This document shows positions 13,349 to 23,084 of a stretch of DNA of 64,000 nucleotides, one piece after another. The notes beneath the pieces were generated by a model. It saw only the letters and a list, made by a program, of their open reading frames with translations, ran no database searches and had not been told where the DNA came from. Where the stretch lies: the NCBI GenBank assembly GCA_963828735.1, contig CAWHFW010000002.1:512001-576000 (forward strand). The letters are read 5' to 3'. Numbering within the stretch: position 1 is the stretch's first letter; each line of letters opens with the position of its first letter. Origin of the DNA: an uncultured Gemmatimonadales bacterium (GTDB lineage Bacteria; Gemmatimonadota; Gemmatimonadetes; Gemmatimonadales; GWC2-71-9). Made by a program: the position numbers and the translations under genes.

Positions 13349-13750
13349 ATGCGGTACATGCTGATGATGCACGCTCCACGCGGAAACTCAGGCGAGTACC
13401 AGATCAACAACTGGGCTCCCGAGGACTTCAAGGCCCACATCGCCTTCATGCATCGGTTCAACCAGGAGCTGACCGAGGCCGGTGAGTTCGTTGGCGCCGA
13501 GGGGCTGGCGCCCCCGGGCCAGGCCCGGGTCGTCCGCGCCGGGAAGCAGGGGGCCCCGGCGGTCACCGACGGACCGTTTCCGGAGGCGAAGGAGTTCCTC
13601 GCCGGTTACTGGATCGTCGAGGTCGACCGGCCCGAGCGCGCGTACGAGATCGCCGCCAAGGCCTCGGCGGCACCGGGGCCGGGCGGGAAGCCACTCATCA
13701 TTCCGATCGAGGTGCGCCAGGTCATGAGCGCGCCGCCGGACCAGGGGTGA
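13349..13750 (+). CDS. YciI/DGPF-family protein
   Basis: MRYMLMM...VTDGPFPEAKEFLAGYWIVEV...IEVRQVM; GGAGAGG RBS. Confidence 0.92.
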   Translation: MRYMLMMHAPRGNSGEYQINNWAPEDFKAHIAFMHRFNQELTEAGEFVGAEGLAPPGQARVVRAGKQGAPAVTDGPFPEAKEFLAGYWIVEVDRPERAYEIAAKASAAPGPGGKPLIIPIEVRQVMSAPPDQG

Positions 13751-15024
13751 CCCCGCCGGTCACCGACGCCTCCGTCGGGCACCTGCTGCGCGAACTCGCG
13801 CCGCGGGTGCTCGGCGCCGTCGCGCGGCGCCACGAGGACTTCGCGGCCGCGGAGGACGCGGTGCAGGAAGCGCTGATCGCGGCGGCCAGGCAGTGGCCGC
13901 AGACCGGACTGCCGGACAACCCGCGCGGCTGGCTCTACCGGGTCGCGGTACGGCGTCTTGCCGATCACGTGCGCCGCGAGCGCGCGCGCCGACGCCGCGA
14001 AGATCTCGTGGCGAGCGACCCCTCCGTCGAGGAGGCCGCGCTTGCCGAGGCCGAGGAGGACGCCGGGACAGACTCGGACGATACGCTCATCCTCCTCTTC
14101 ATGTGCTGCCATCCGGCGCTCACGCCGCCGACGGCGATCGCACTGACCCTCCGCGCCGTGGGCGGACTCACGACGGCCGAGATCGCCACTGCCTTCCTGG
14201 TCCCCGAGACCACGATGGCGCAGCGGATCAGCCGGGCCAAACAGAGCATCAAGACCTCCGGCATCCCGTTCCGCCTGCCCAATGCGGAGGAGCGTGCCGA
14301 TCGGCTGCGTGCGGTGCTCCACGTGCTGTATCTGATTTTCAGCGAGGGATACTCCTCCAGCGCGGGTCCGGCGCTGCACCGTGCCGATCTGTCCGACGAG
14401 GCGATCCGCCTCGCCCGCACCGCGCACGCGCTGCTCCCGGGCGATGGAGAGGTCGCGGGTCTCCTCGCGCTCATGCTCCTCACCGATGCGCGCCGCCCAG
14501 CGCGCACCGGCCCGCACGGCGAGCTGATCCCCCTCGATGAGCAGGACCGGTCGCGCTGGGATCAGGGGCTCATCGCGGAAGGGATCGCACTCGTCACGGC
14601 CGCGCTCTCGAGCGGCTCGATCGGATTCTATCAGCTCCAGGCCGCGATCGCGGCGGTCCATGACGAGGCCGCGCGCAGCGAGGACACCGACTGGCCGCAG
14701 ATCCTCGCCCTGTATGGTTTGCTTGGGGGAATGTCGGACAATCCGATGGTCGCGCTCAACCACGCCATCGCGGTGGCCATGGTGCACGGTCCCGAGGCAG
14801 GTCTCGAGCTGCTGACCCCCCTCGATAGCGACCCGCGCCTGAGCGGCCACTACCGTCTCGACGCGGTCCGGGCCCACCTCTTCGAGATGGCCGGTGACTG
14901 TCACCGCGCCCTGGATCACTATCGCGCCGCCGCCGAACGGACGTTGAGCCTGCCCGAGCGAGACTATCTGACGGGCAAGGCGGCGCGACTCGCCGCGCGC
15001 CCGACGGATTCCTCCAAGGGCTGA
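13747..15024 (+). CDS. ECF sigma factor with C-terminal extension (ECF42-like, TPR/DUF6596)
   Basis: AEDAVQEA (region 2), LLFMCCHPAL...EIATAFLV...AQRISRAK (region 4), YQLQAAIAAVH...TDWPQI; GTGA overlap with the DGPF gene. Confidence 0.9.
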   Translation: MTPPVTDASVGHLLRELAPRVLGAVARRHEDFAAAEDAVQEALIAAARQWPQTGLPDNPRGWLYRVAVRRLADHVRRERARRRREDLVASDPSVEEAALAEAEEDAGTDSDDTLILLFMCCHPALTPPTAIALTLRAVGGLTTAEIATAFLVPETTMAQRISRAKQSIKTSGIPFRLPNAEERADRLRAVLHVLYLIFSEGYSSSAGPALHRADLSDEAIRLARTAHALLPGDGEVAGLLALMLLTDARRPARTGPHGELIPLDEQDRSRWDQGLIAEGIALVTAALSSGSIGFYQLQAAIAAVHDEAARSEDTDWPQILALYGLLGGMSDNPMVALNHAIAVAMVHGPEAGLELLTPLDSDPRLSGHYRLDAVRAHLFEMAGDCHRALDHYRAAAERTLSLPERDYLTGKAARLAARPTDSSKG

Positions 15025-15039
15025 GGTTCCCAATGCACG

Positions 15040-15077
15040 AAGGGCGGGGACGCCGGTCGGCATCCCCGCCCTTCTTT
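15040..15077. terminator. Hairpin terminator between the convergent sigma gene and rpsG
   Basis: aagggcgggga-cgccggtcggca-tccccgccctt followed by cttt. Confidence 0.7.
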
Positions 15078-15096
15078 ACCCGCCCTCGCGCGCCGG

Positions 15097-15566
15097 CTAC
15101 CAGCGATAGTGCGCGAACGCCCGGTTGGCCTCGGCCATCCGGTGGGTGTCTTCCTTCTTCTTGATCGTGTTCCCCTCACCCTTGCTCGCGAGGATCAGCT
15201 CCGCGGCCAGACGCTCGGACATGGTCTTCTCGGTCCGGGCGCGCGCGAAGGAGATGAGCCAGCGCATGGCGAGAGCGGTGCGGCGATCGGGACGGACTTC
15301 GACCGGGACCTGGAGCGAGGCTCCGCCGACACGGCGGCTCTTCACCTCGAGGGTGGGCTTGGCGTTGTTCACCGCCTGCTTGAAGACCGACACCCCGGGC
15401 TGGCCGGTGCGCTCCTCGATCATGTCCATCGCGGAGTAGAAGATGCCTTCGGCGACGCTCTTCTTCCCCTCGAACATCAGGTTGTTCACGAACTTGGAGA
15501 CGGTCTGGCTGTCGTACCGCGGGTCGGGCGGCACCGGCCGCTTGACGGCCTTGTTGCGGCGGCTCA

Positions 15567-15567
<1 letters not shown>
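15097..15567 (-). CDS. rpsG: 30S ribosomal protein S7
   Basis: EVKSRRVGG and [15 protein letters not shown] motifs; GTG start overlaps the rpsL stop. Confidence 0.98.
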
Positions 15568-15974
<407 letters not shown>

Positions 15975-16025
15975 AACCCTGGAGCTTGAGATCCCGAAAG
16001 GCCCCTCATCGGGGACAGACCGGCA

Positions 16026-16054
16026 AATGTAGAGGGGGGCCCGGGTTAGGTCAA
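16026..16054 (-). promoter_or_regulatory. Sigma70-type promoter for rpsL-rpsG
   Basis: Minus strand TTGACC (16054-49), 17 nt, TACATT (16031-26). Confidence 0.7.
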
Positions 16055-16370
16055 GGCGGCGCGATGGCGCCGACCCGCAACGCGCGGAACGAAAAGGCGC
16101 GCGCCCAACGAGCTGTCATCGCCCACGGTGCGAAGGGTCCATGCCCACCGAACCTGGCTGATGCCTCCGGGTGTCGTGCTCGCCGAGACGCGATGTGGAA
16201 CTGCGGATGACCGTCCTGCTTTTTGCCCCGTCGTTGGCTTTTTGACACGCCCAACCTCCCCAAACCCTGTTGCTACACCCGCTTGACCGTGGTCGCGGCG
16301 CGGCCTCCAACTTGCCCACGTTGCCCGGTCGCCCCCTCCCCCTGCCATTCGCGTCGTCACGGAGCACCGC

Positions 16371-19068
16371 GTGACCCTCGTCCGCTCGACCGCCCTGTGG
16401 CTCCTCGCAGCGCTCGCCGGCTTCGGCCGCGCCGACGCGCAGCGGGGCGATCAGCCGGGCCGGCCGTACGGCGAGGTCACGAAGGGCAGCGAGGTCGGCA
16501 ACGGCATCTTCGCCATTTACTTCAAGCACGACAGCATCTACCTCTCGCTCGCCCCCCGACAGCTCGATCGCGACTACCTGCTCGTCACGCAGATCTCGCA
16601 GGGCATCGGCGAGCTCGGCCTCGACGGCGGTAGCTCCCTGCGCTCCGACCTCGTGCGGTTCCACCGCGAGGGCGACCGGATCGAGCTCTGGGCCGTGAAC
16701 CCGCACGTGGCGGCCGCGCCCGGTTCACCGATGGGGCGGACCGTCGCCTATTCGTTCGGGAACTCGGTGGTCCAGTCGTTCCCCATCGCCGCCGTGCGGG
16801 ACACCAGCGAGATCCTGGTCAACGTCGCACCCTTCTTCCTCTCCGACTGGGCCGACGTGGGCAGCGTGTTCCAGTCGGCCATTGCGCAGCGGAAGCTGAC
16901 CGGCACCGTCTCACTCGACGACAAGCGCTCGAGCCTCCAGTTCCTGCGGCTCTTCGGCACCAATCTCGAAGCCGAGGTGCGGCTCACGTTCCAGACGGCA
17001 CGGAACCTCGGCCTCGAGACCGTGCCGGACTACCGCGCCATCCCGCTCGGGATCCACTACTCGTTGCGCGAGCTTCCGACCGAGCCGATGCGGCCGCGCC
17101 TGGCCGACGACCGGGTCGGCTACTTCATCTCCGCCCTCAAGGACTTCTCGCGTGACACCGCCGAGAGCTACTTCGTCCGCTACGTGAATCGCTGGCGGCT
17201 CGAGAAGCGGAATCCGGGCGCGGCCCTGAGCGAGCCGGTCCAGCCGATCACCTACTACATCGATCGGACCGTCCCGCTCGAGTGGCGGCCCTACGTCCGG
17301 GCCGGGATCCTCGAGTGGAACCGCGCGTTCGAGGACGCGGGGTTTCGGGACGCGATCCGGGTGCTCGATGCGCCCGACGACAGCGCCTGGAGCGCGGCCG
17401 ACACCCGATACTCCACGGTCCGGTGGACCGCGACCAACGGCGCGGTATACGCCATCGGTCCCACCAACGTCGATCCGCGCACGGGCGAGATCCTCAATGC
17501 CGACATCCTGATCTCGGCCGGCGTGGGTGCAGCGCTGGCGGGGGCAGTCAGGGCGGTACGTCGCCCCGCTTGCCGCGGCGCGCGCGGTGCTGGAGACCGA
17601 CTCGCTCGCGCTCGGCCAGGACGGCGACGCGCGCCTCTGCCGCTACGGCGAGGCGATGGGCCAGAGCGGCTCGCTGGTGAGCGCGCTCCTCGCCGCGCGA
17701 GGGGAGATCCCTGCCGGCGCCGAGCCGACGCGCGCCTATGTCGGCCAGGCCCTCAAAGCCCTGGTCATGCACGAGGTCGGACACACGCTCGGTCTGCGTC
17801 ACAACTTCCGCGGATCCGCCGGCGCGAGCGCCGCGCAGCTCGCGAACAGGGGCTGGACTGCCTCGCATGGTTTCGGCGTCTCGGTGATGGATTACACCCC
17901 GCCCGCGCTGGCCCTCGACCCGGCGCGGCAGGGCGACTACTATGCCCCGACCATCGGCAGCTACGATCGCTGGGCGATCACGTACGGGTACGCCGACGTC
18001 GTGACCAGTGCCCCCATCCGCACGACGCCCAAGGGCGCCGGGCCGGAGGCTGGCGCCTGGACTCCCGACATCGAGGTCAACGGGCTGCGGGCCATCGCCT
18101 CGCAGGCGGCGGACCCGGCGCACTTGTACGGCACCGACGAAGACGCGGGCTTCGGCGGCCTCGGACTCGATCCGACCGTCAGCCGGTACGACCAGACGGA
18201 CGACCCGCTCGCCTGGGCGCGCGGACGGGTCGCGCTCATCGACGGCATGTTCGACTCGCTCGAGACCCGGGTGGTGGCGCCAGGCCAGGGATACGGCCGG
18301 CTCCGCGCCGCATTCACCGACCTGCTCAACGACCGCTGGTACGCGCTGCTCGTGACGACCAAGTACCTGGGTGGCGCCACGGTCTCCCGTGACCATCGCG
18401 GAGATCCCGGCGCCCGACCGGCAGTCGTCAACGTCCCCGCCGCGCAGCAGCGCGACGCGCTGGCGTTTCTCGCCGACGCGGCATTCGGCGAGCGTGCCTA
18501 CCGGTTCCCCCCGGCGCTGCTCGGCCAGCTCGCGGCGGACCGGTGGATGCACTGGGGCGCGTCACCGGGCGCGGACGGGCGGCCCGATTTTCCCCTGCAC
18601 GACTGGGCGTTGACGCAACAGGGCTCGCTCCTCGGTCAGCTCCTCGACCCCGTCGTGCTCGCGCGGATCCGGGACGCCGAGCTCCGCGCGGAGCCCGGAG
18701 AGACCACCCTCGGGCTACCGGAGCTGTTCGCCTCCCTCACCGGAGCGATCTGGTCGGAGATCGGCGCGGGGGTTCGCGGGCGCGTGGTGCGCCCGCGCAA
18801 CGTGAGCTCGGTGCGGCGCGACTTCCAGCGATTCTACGTCAATTCGCTGATCCAGACGGCGGTGAGCCCGCCGCCGGGGACACCCGAGGACGCGCGCGCG
18901 CTCGCCCGGGTCACCCTGGCCGGACTCGGCGGCGACCTCGATCGCGCGCTCGGCGTGCCGCGCCCCGAGCTGGACGCCTATACCCGCGCGCATCTCAGCG
19001 ACACGCGCGATCGCATCGCCCGGGCGCTCGACGCCCAAATGATCCAGACCACCACCTTCACGAGGTAG
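16371..19068 (+). pseudogene. Secreted zinc-dependent metalloprotease (DUF5117/DUF4953, EcxA-like), split by one frameshift near 17520
   Basis: Signal peptide and DDRVGYF...YVNRWRL...DPRTGEILNADI in one frame; HEVGHTLGLRHNF...SVMDY zinc motif in the next frame; removing one G in gccggcgtgg joins them. Confidence 0.8.
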
Positions 19069-19075
19069 CAGGACG

Positions 19076-19237
19076 ATGCTGCACATTCTCATTGCCTCCG
19101 AGCCGTCACCGCTCATGCAGACTGCCGTGTACATGGGCGGCATCCTCGCCGGCTACCTGCTGCTCACCCGGCCCGAGGAGTGGGAGCGCGTGCGGGAGAC
19201 CGTGCGCGAGGCGTGGGCGCGGCGTCGCGGCGAGTAG
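19076..19237 (+). CDS. Small single-pass membrane protein (53 aa), absent from the ORF track
   Basis: MLHILIASEPSPLMQTAVYMGGILAGYLLLTRPEEWERVRETVREAWARRRGE; AGGA upstream; GC-rich third positions; fills the gap between co-oriented genes. Confidence 0.6.
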   Translation: MLHILIASEPSPLMQTAVYMGGILAGYLLLTRPEEWERVRETVREAWARRRGE

Positions 19238-19280
19238 CCGGGCGAGGGTGCGGCCCGCGGCCCCCCGTTAGACTTCCCGG

Positions 19281-20222
19281 ATGCCGGGAACCCCCTCCCC
19301 AAACCCGCTCCTGATCCGCCAGCTCCGCAAGTCGTACGGCGACGTGCTCGCCGTGGACGGCATCGACCTGGAGATCCGTCCCGGCGAATGCTTCGGACTC
19401 CTCGGCCCCAACGGCGCCGGGAAGACCACCACCATCGAGATCTGCGAGGGACTCACGCCGCCGGACAGCGGCGAGGTCGTGATCCTCGGCCGCCGGTGGG
19501 GCGAGGACGACCACGCCCTCCGCGAGCTGCTCGGCATCTCGCTCCAGGAGACCCAGTTCTCGGAGAAGCTCACGGTGGCGGAGACGATTCGCCTCTTCCA
19601 CAGCTTCTACCCGCGCGGCCCGTCGGTCGAGGAGGTGACGGACCTCGTGCAGCTCGGCGAGAAGTCCGAGGCACGCGTGGGACAACTCTCGGGCGGCCAG
19701 CGCCAGCGTCTCGCGCTCGCGTGCGCCCTCGTGGGTGATCCGGAGCTTCTGTTCCTCGACGAGCCGACCACCGGGCTCGACCCGCAGTCGCGACGCCAGC
19801 TCTGGGACCTCATCGAGCGATTTCGGGCCGGCGGCCGCTCGATCCTCCTCACGACCCACTACATGGATGAAGCCGAACGCCTGTGCGACCGCGTCGCGAT
19901 CGTGGACCACGGTCGGGTCATCGCGCACGGGACGCCGCGCGAGCTGATCGCGTCCCTGGGGGCGGAGCACGTGCTCGAGTTCGCCGTGGCGGACGGCGCG
20001 CATTTCGACATGGCCGCCCTCGCGGCCGTGGAAGGCATCGGCGCACTCGGACACCAGGACGGCACCTGGCGGCTCGAGGTCTCCGAGCTCCACCAGGCCA
20101 TGCCCGCCCTCCTTGCGGAGCTCCGCCGCCAGGGAGCGCAGCTCTCGGAGCTCCGCACCCACTCGGCGACGCTCGAGGACGTGTTCGTCTCGCTCACGGG
20201 GAGGCAGCTCCGTGACGGGTAG
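19281..20222 (+). CDS. ABC-2 type exporter ATP-binding protein
   Basis: GPNGAGKTT, LSGGQRQR, LFLDEPTTGLD and TTHYM motifs. Confidence 0.95.
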   Translation: MPGTPSPNPLLIRQLRKSYGDVLAVDGIDLEIRPGECFGLLGPNGAGKTTTIEICEGLTPPDSGEVVILGRRWGEDDHALRELLGISLQETQFSEKLTVAETIRLFHSFYPRGPSVEEVTDLVQLGEKSEARVGQLSGGQRQRLALACALVGDPELLFLDEPTTGLDPQSRRQLWDLIERFRAGGRSILLTTHYMDEAERLCDRVAIVDHGRVIAHGTPRELIASLGAEHVLEFAVADGAHFDMAALAAVEGIGALGHQDGTWRLEVSELHQAMPALLAELRRQGAQLSELRTHSATLEDVFVSLTGRQLRDG

Positions 20223-21258
20223 GCGAGATCGGCCGCTGGTCCAGCTGACCCTGGTCCGGTACCGCGAGTTCTACCGCGAGCCGGAGGCGATCTTCTGGGT
20301 CTTCGTCTTCCCCATCCTGCTCACCGCCGGGCTCGGCATCGCGTTCCGGAGCCGGCCTTCCGATCGAACGCCCGTAGCACTGGTGGCGGACGGTGGGCGA
20401 ACCGACACGCTGGGGCCGCGCCTCGCGCGCGAGGACGGTCTCAAGATCCGCACCCTCGCCGAGCCCGACGCTGCCCAGGCGCTCCGCACGGGCGATGTCG
20501 CACTGGTCGTGGTGCCGAACGACTCCGGCGTCGAGTACCGCTACGACCCCGAGCGCCCGGATGCCCGTGAGGCCCGACTCCGGGTGGACCAGGCGCTGCA
20601 GCGCGCGGCCGGCCGCACCGACCCCGTTCGGGCGAGCGAGCGCACCGTGCGCGAGGCCGGCGCCCGATACGTGGACTTCGTGGTGCCGGGCCTGCTCGGC
20701 ATGAACCTCATGGGGAGCGGCATCTGGGGGATCGGCTTCGCGATCGTGGACGCGAGACGCAAGCACCTCCTCAAGCGCCTCGTGGCGACGCCGATGTCTC
20801 GGACGCAGTATCTGGCGTCCTTTGTTCTTTCCCGTCTCACCTTTCTCGTGATCGAGGTCGCGCTGCTGCTCGGCTTCGCCGCGCTGGTCTTCGGGGTGCC
20901 GCTCCGCGGCTCGCCGGTCCTGCTCGCTGCCCTGTGCCTGTTGTCGGCACTCGCGTTCTCGTCGCTCGGATTGCTGCTGTCGGCGCGCCCGCGCACCGTC
21001 GAAGGCGTGTCCGGACTGATGAACCTCGTGATGCTGCCGATGTGGATCTTTTCGGGGGTCTTCTTCTCGTCCTCGCGATTCCCGGATGCGGTCCAACCGT
21101 TGATCCGAGCCCTTCCGCTCACGGCGGTAATCGACGCGCTCCGGGCCACGATGCTCCGCGGCGCCGGCCTGCCCGAGATCTGGCCGGAGCTGGCCATCAT
21201 CACGGCCTGGCTGGTCGTCAGCTTCATCGTGGCGGTGCGGCTGTTCCGCTGGCGCTAG
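20212..21258 (+). CDS. ABC-2 type permease
   Basis: FYREPEAIFWVFVFP, FVVPGLLGMNLM and SGVFF motifs; multiple TM segments; start trimmed to GTG 20212. Confidence 0.92.
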   Translation: MTGRRDRPLVQLTLVRYREFYREPEAIFWVFVFPILLTAGLGIAFRSRPSDRTPVALVADGGRTDTLGPRLAREDGLKIRTLAEPDAAQALRTGDVALVVVPNDSGVEYRYDPERPDAREARLRVDQALQRAAGRTDPVRASERTVREAGARYVDFVVPGLLGMNLMGSGIWGIGFAIVDARRKHLLKRLVATPMSRTQYLASFVLSRLTFLVIEVALLLGFAALVFGVPLRGSPVLLAALCLLSALAFSSLGLLLSARPRTVEGVSGLMNLVMLPMWIFSGVFFSSSRFPDAVQPLIRALPLTAVIDALRATMLRGAGLPEIWPELAIITAWLVVSFIVAVRLFRWR

Positions 21259-21336
21259 CGCCCTGCCCGCGGTAACGTGGGAGGGCGGTTTGCACACCGC
21301 CGTTCCCTCCCACACGCTCAGACAGAGGTCGGTCTT

Positions 21337-22599
21337 ATGCTCCAACGCCATGCCATGCATGCGCTTGCCGCAGGAATAGTGGTTGTGGCCGCTGCCTGCT
21401 CCGATCAGAATCAGCCGGCCTCGCCGGACCAGCCCGAGGTCGCCGCCAAGGCGATCGGTCAGGGCCCGGTGAACAATCCCAACGCCCTCGGCCGCACCGT
21501 CCGCGGGTTCGGTGGATTCTTCTACGATGCGACCGGCACGCCAACCATGTATCTCAAGGAGGCGGGACAGCGCGGAAACGCCGAGCGGGCGCTCGCGCCC
21601 TACCTCCAGTCACATGGGGTGGCGGCGTCTCGCATCCAGGTGAAGGCGGGCCGGTTCACCTGGGACGAGCTCGAGGCATGGCAGGCGAAGGCTTCGGTCG
21701 AGGCGCTCAAGCTTCCGGGTGCGGTCTTCGTGGACGCCGACGAGGCGGGCAATCAGATCAAGATCGGGGTAGAGCGCGGTAGGGGCGGCCAGGTTCGAGC
21801 CGCGCTCGCGCGTCTGGGCCTGCCGGCAAATGCTGCTGTCGTCGAGGAGACCGAGCCGGTCACGTTTGCGGTCGCCCCCAGGCCCAAACCCGGCAGTGGG
21901 CCCTCGCTCCAAGACCGGGTACGGCCAACCGAAGGCGGGATCCAGATCAACTTCCCGGGCTTCCTCTGCACGCTCGGCTTCAACGCCAAGGACGGCACGC
22001 AGCTGAGCTTCATCACCAACTCCCACTGTACCAAGGTGCAAGGCGGCGTGGACAACACCCCGTACTGGCAGCCGCTTCAGAGCGTCGACAACGTCCAGAT
22101 CGCCACCGAGGTCGAAGATCCGACCTACGGGGCGATCACCGGGTGTCCCGCCGGGCGGCTCTGCCGGCGCGCCGATGCGTCCCGGGCCCGGTATGACGTT
22201 GCCGCGACGAACGTCGCCTTCGGGAAGATCGCCAAGACCGCGCGGCCCTCAAAAGGCTCGCTCGGCATCACCGGCCAGTACTCCATCACCGCGGAAGACG
22301 AGGCCGTGGCCGGCCAGGTCGTGAACAAGGTGGGACGCACCACGGGCTGGTCCCAGGGCCAGGTCACCGCAACCTGCACCAACACCAACGTGAGCGGCAG
22401 CAACATCACCGAGCTGTGCCAGGATTTCGTGAGCGCATCCGTCGGGTCGGGCGACAGTGGCTCGCCCGTGTTCGCGATCTCGGGCGGCGACAACGTCACC
22501 CTCCTGGGCATTCTCTGGGGCGGGAGCGGATCCAGCAGCTTCGTGTTCAGTCCCCTGAGCAACATCAAGGGCGAGATCGGCAACATCACCACGCACTGA
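21337..22599 (+). CDS. Secreted/lipoprotein S1 (chymotrypsin, alpha-lytic-like) serine protease with pro-region
   Basis: Lipobox-like AAC; CTLGF...TNSHC (His), KVGRTTG and GDSGSP (Ser) motifs. Confidence 0.85.
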   Translation: MLQRHAMHALAAGIVVVAAACSDQNQPASPDQPEVAAKAIGQGPVNNPNALGRTVRGFGGFFYDATGTPTMYLKEAGQRGNAERALAPYLQSHGVAASRIQVKAGRFTWDELEAWQAKASVEALKLPGAVFVDADEAGNQIKIGVERGRGGQVRAALARLGLPANAAVVEETEPVTFAVAPRPKPGSGPSLQDRVRPTEGGIQINFPGFLCTLGFNAKDGTQLSFITNSHCTKVQGGVDNTPYWQPLQSVDNVQIATEVEDPTYGAITGCPAGRLCRRADASRARYDVAATNVAFGKIAKTARPSKGSLGITGQYSITAEDEAVAGQVVNKVGRTTGWSQGQVTATCTNTNVSGSNITELCQDFVSASVGSGDSGSPVFAISGGDNVTLLGILWGGSGSSSFVFSPLSNIKGEIGNITTH

Positions 22600-22646
22600 G
22601 TTCACGGCCGGCGGCGGCGCTCGTCGCCGCCGGCCACGTCACCCAA

Positions 22647-23084
22647 ATGGGCTTTCCAGTCGCGCTCGTGCTCTACAGCCTGCTGCTCCAGGATTCGGTC
22701 GCCTTCCGCGTGCACGCGCCGCCATCGGTGCGAACCGGCGAGCCCGTGCCCGTCGAGCTCCAGCTCACCAATCGCACCGAGCGCCCCATCACGATCTATT
22801 TGCAGGGGCGGCCGATCGCCTTCGACATCACCGTCCGCCGCGAGGACGGCAGCGTCGTGTGGCGCCGCCTCGAGGGGCAGGTCGTCTCCGCCATCCTCGC
22901 CGTGCGTACGCTGGCCCCCGCCGAGTCGCTCACGTTCGAGGCGGTGTGGGACGGGCGCTTGCCCGGCGGGGCGCCCGCTCCCGCCGGGAGCTACACCATC
23001 ACGGGAACGCTGCCCACCGACACCTCCGAAGGGCTCACCACCGTGCCCACTCCATTGCAGATCCTCGCGGTGCACCCTGAGTAG
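22647..23084 (+). CDS. BsuPI-like Ig-fold putative proteinase inhibitor
   Basis: VELQLTN...FDITV...DGSVVWR...TLAPAESLTF...WD...GSYTI pattern. Confidence 0.65.
   Translation: MGFPVALVLYSLLLQDSVAFRVHAPPSVRTGEPVPVELQLTNRTERPITIYLQGRPIAFDITVRREDGSVVWRRLEGQVVSAILAVRTLAPAESLTFEAVWDGRLPGGAPAPAGSYTITGTLPTDTSEGLTTVPTPLQILAVHPE

Noticed and set aside
16242..16275. TTGACA at 16242 as the metalloprotease promoter
   Set aside because: No convincing -10 at 16-18 nt spacing
17505..17540. Programmed ribosomal frameshift in the metalloprotease
   Set aside because: No slippery heptamer or obvious stimulatory element
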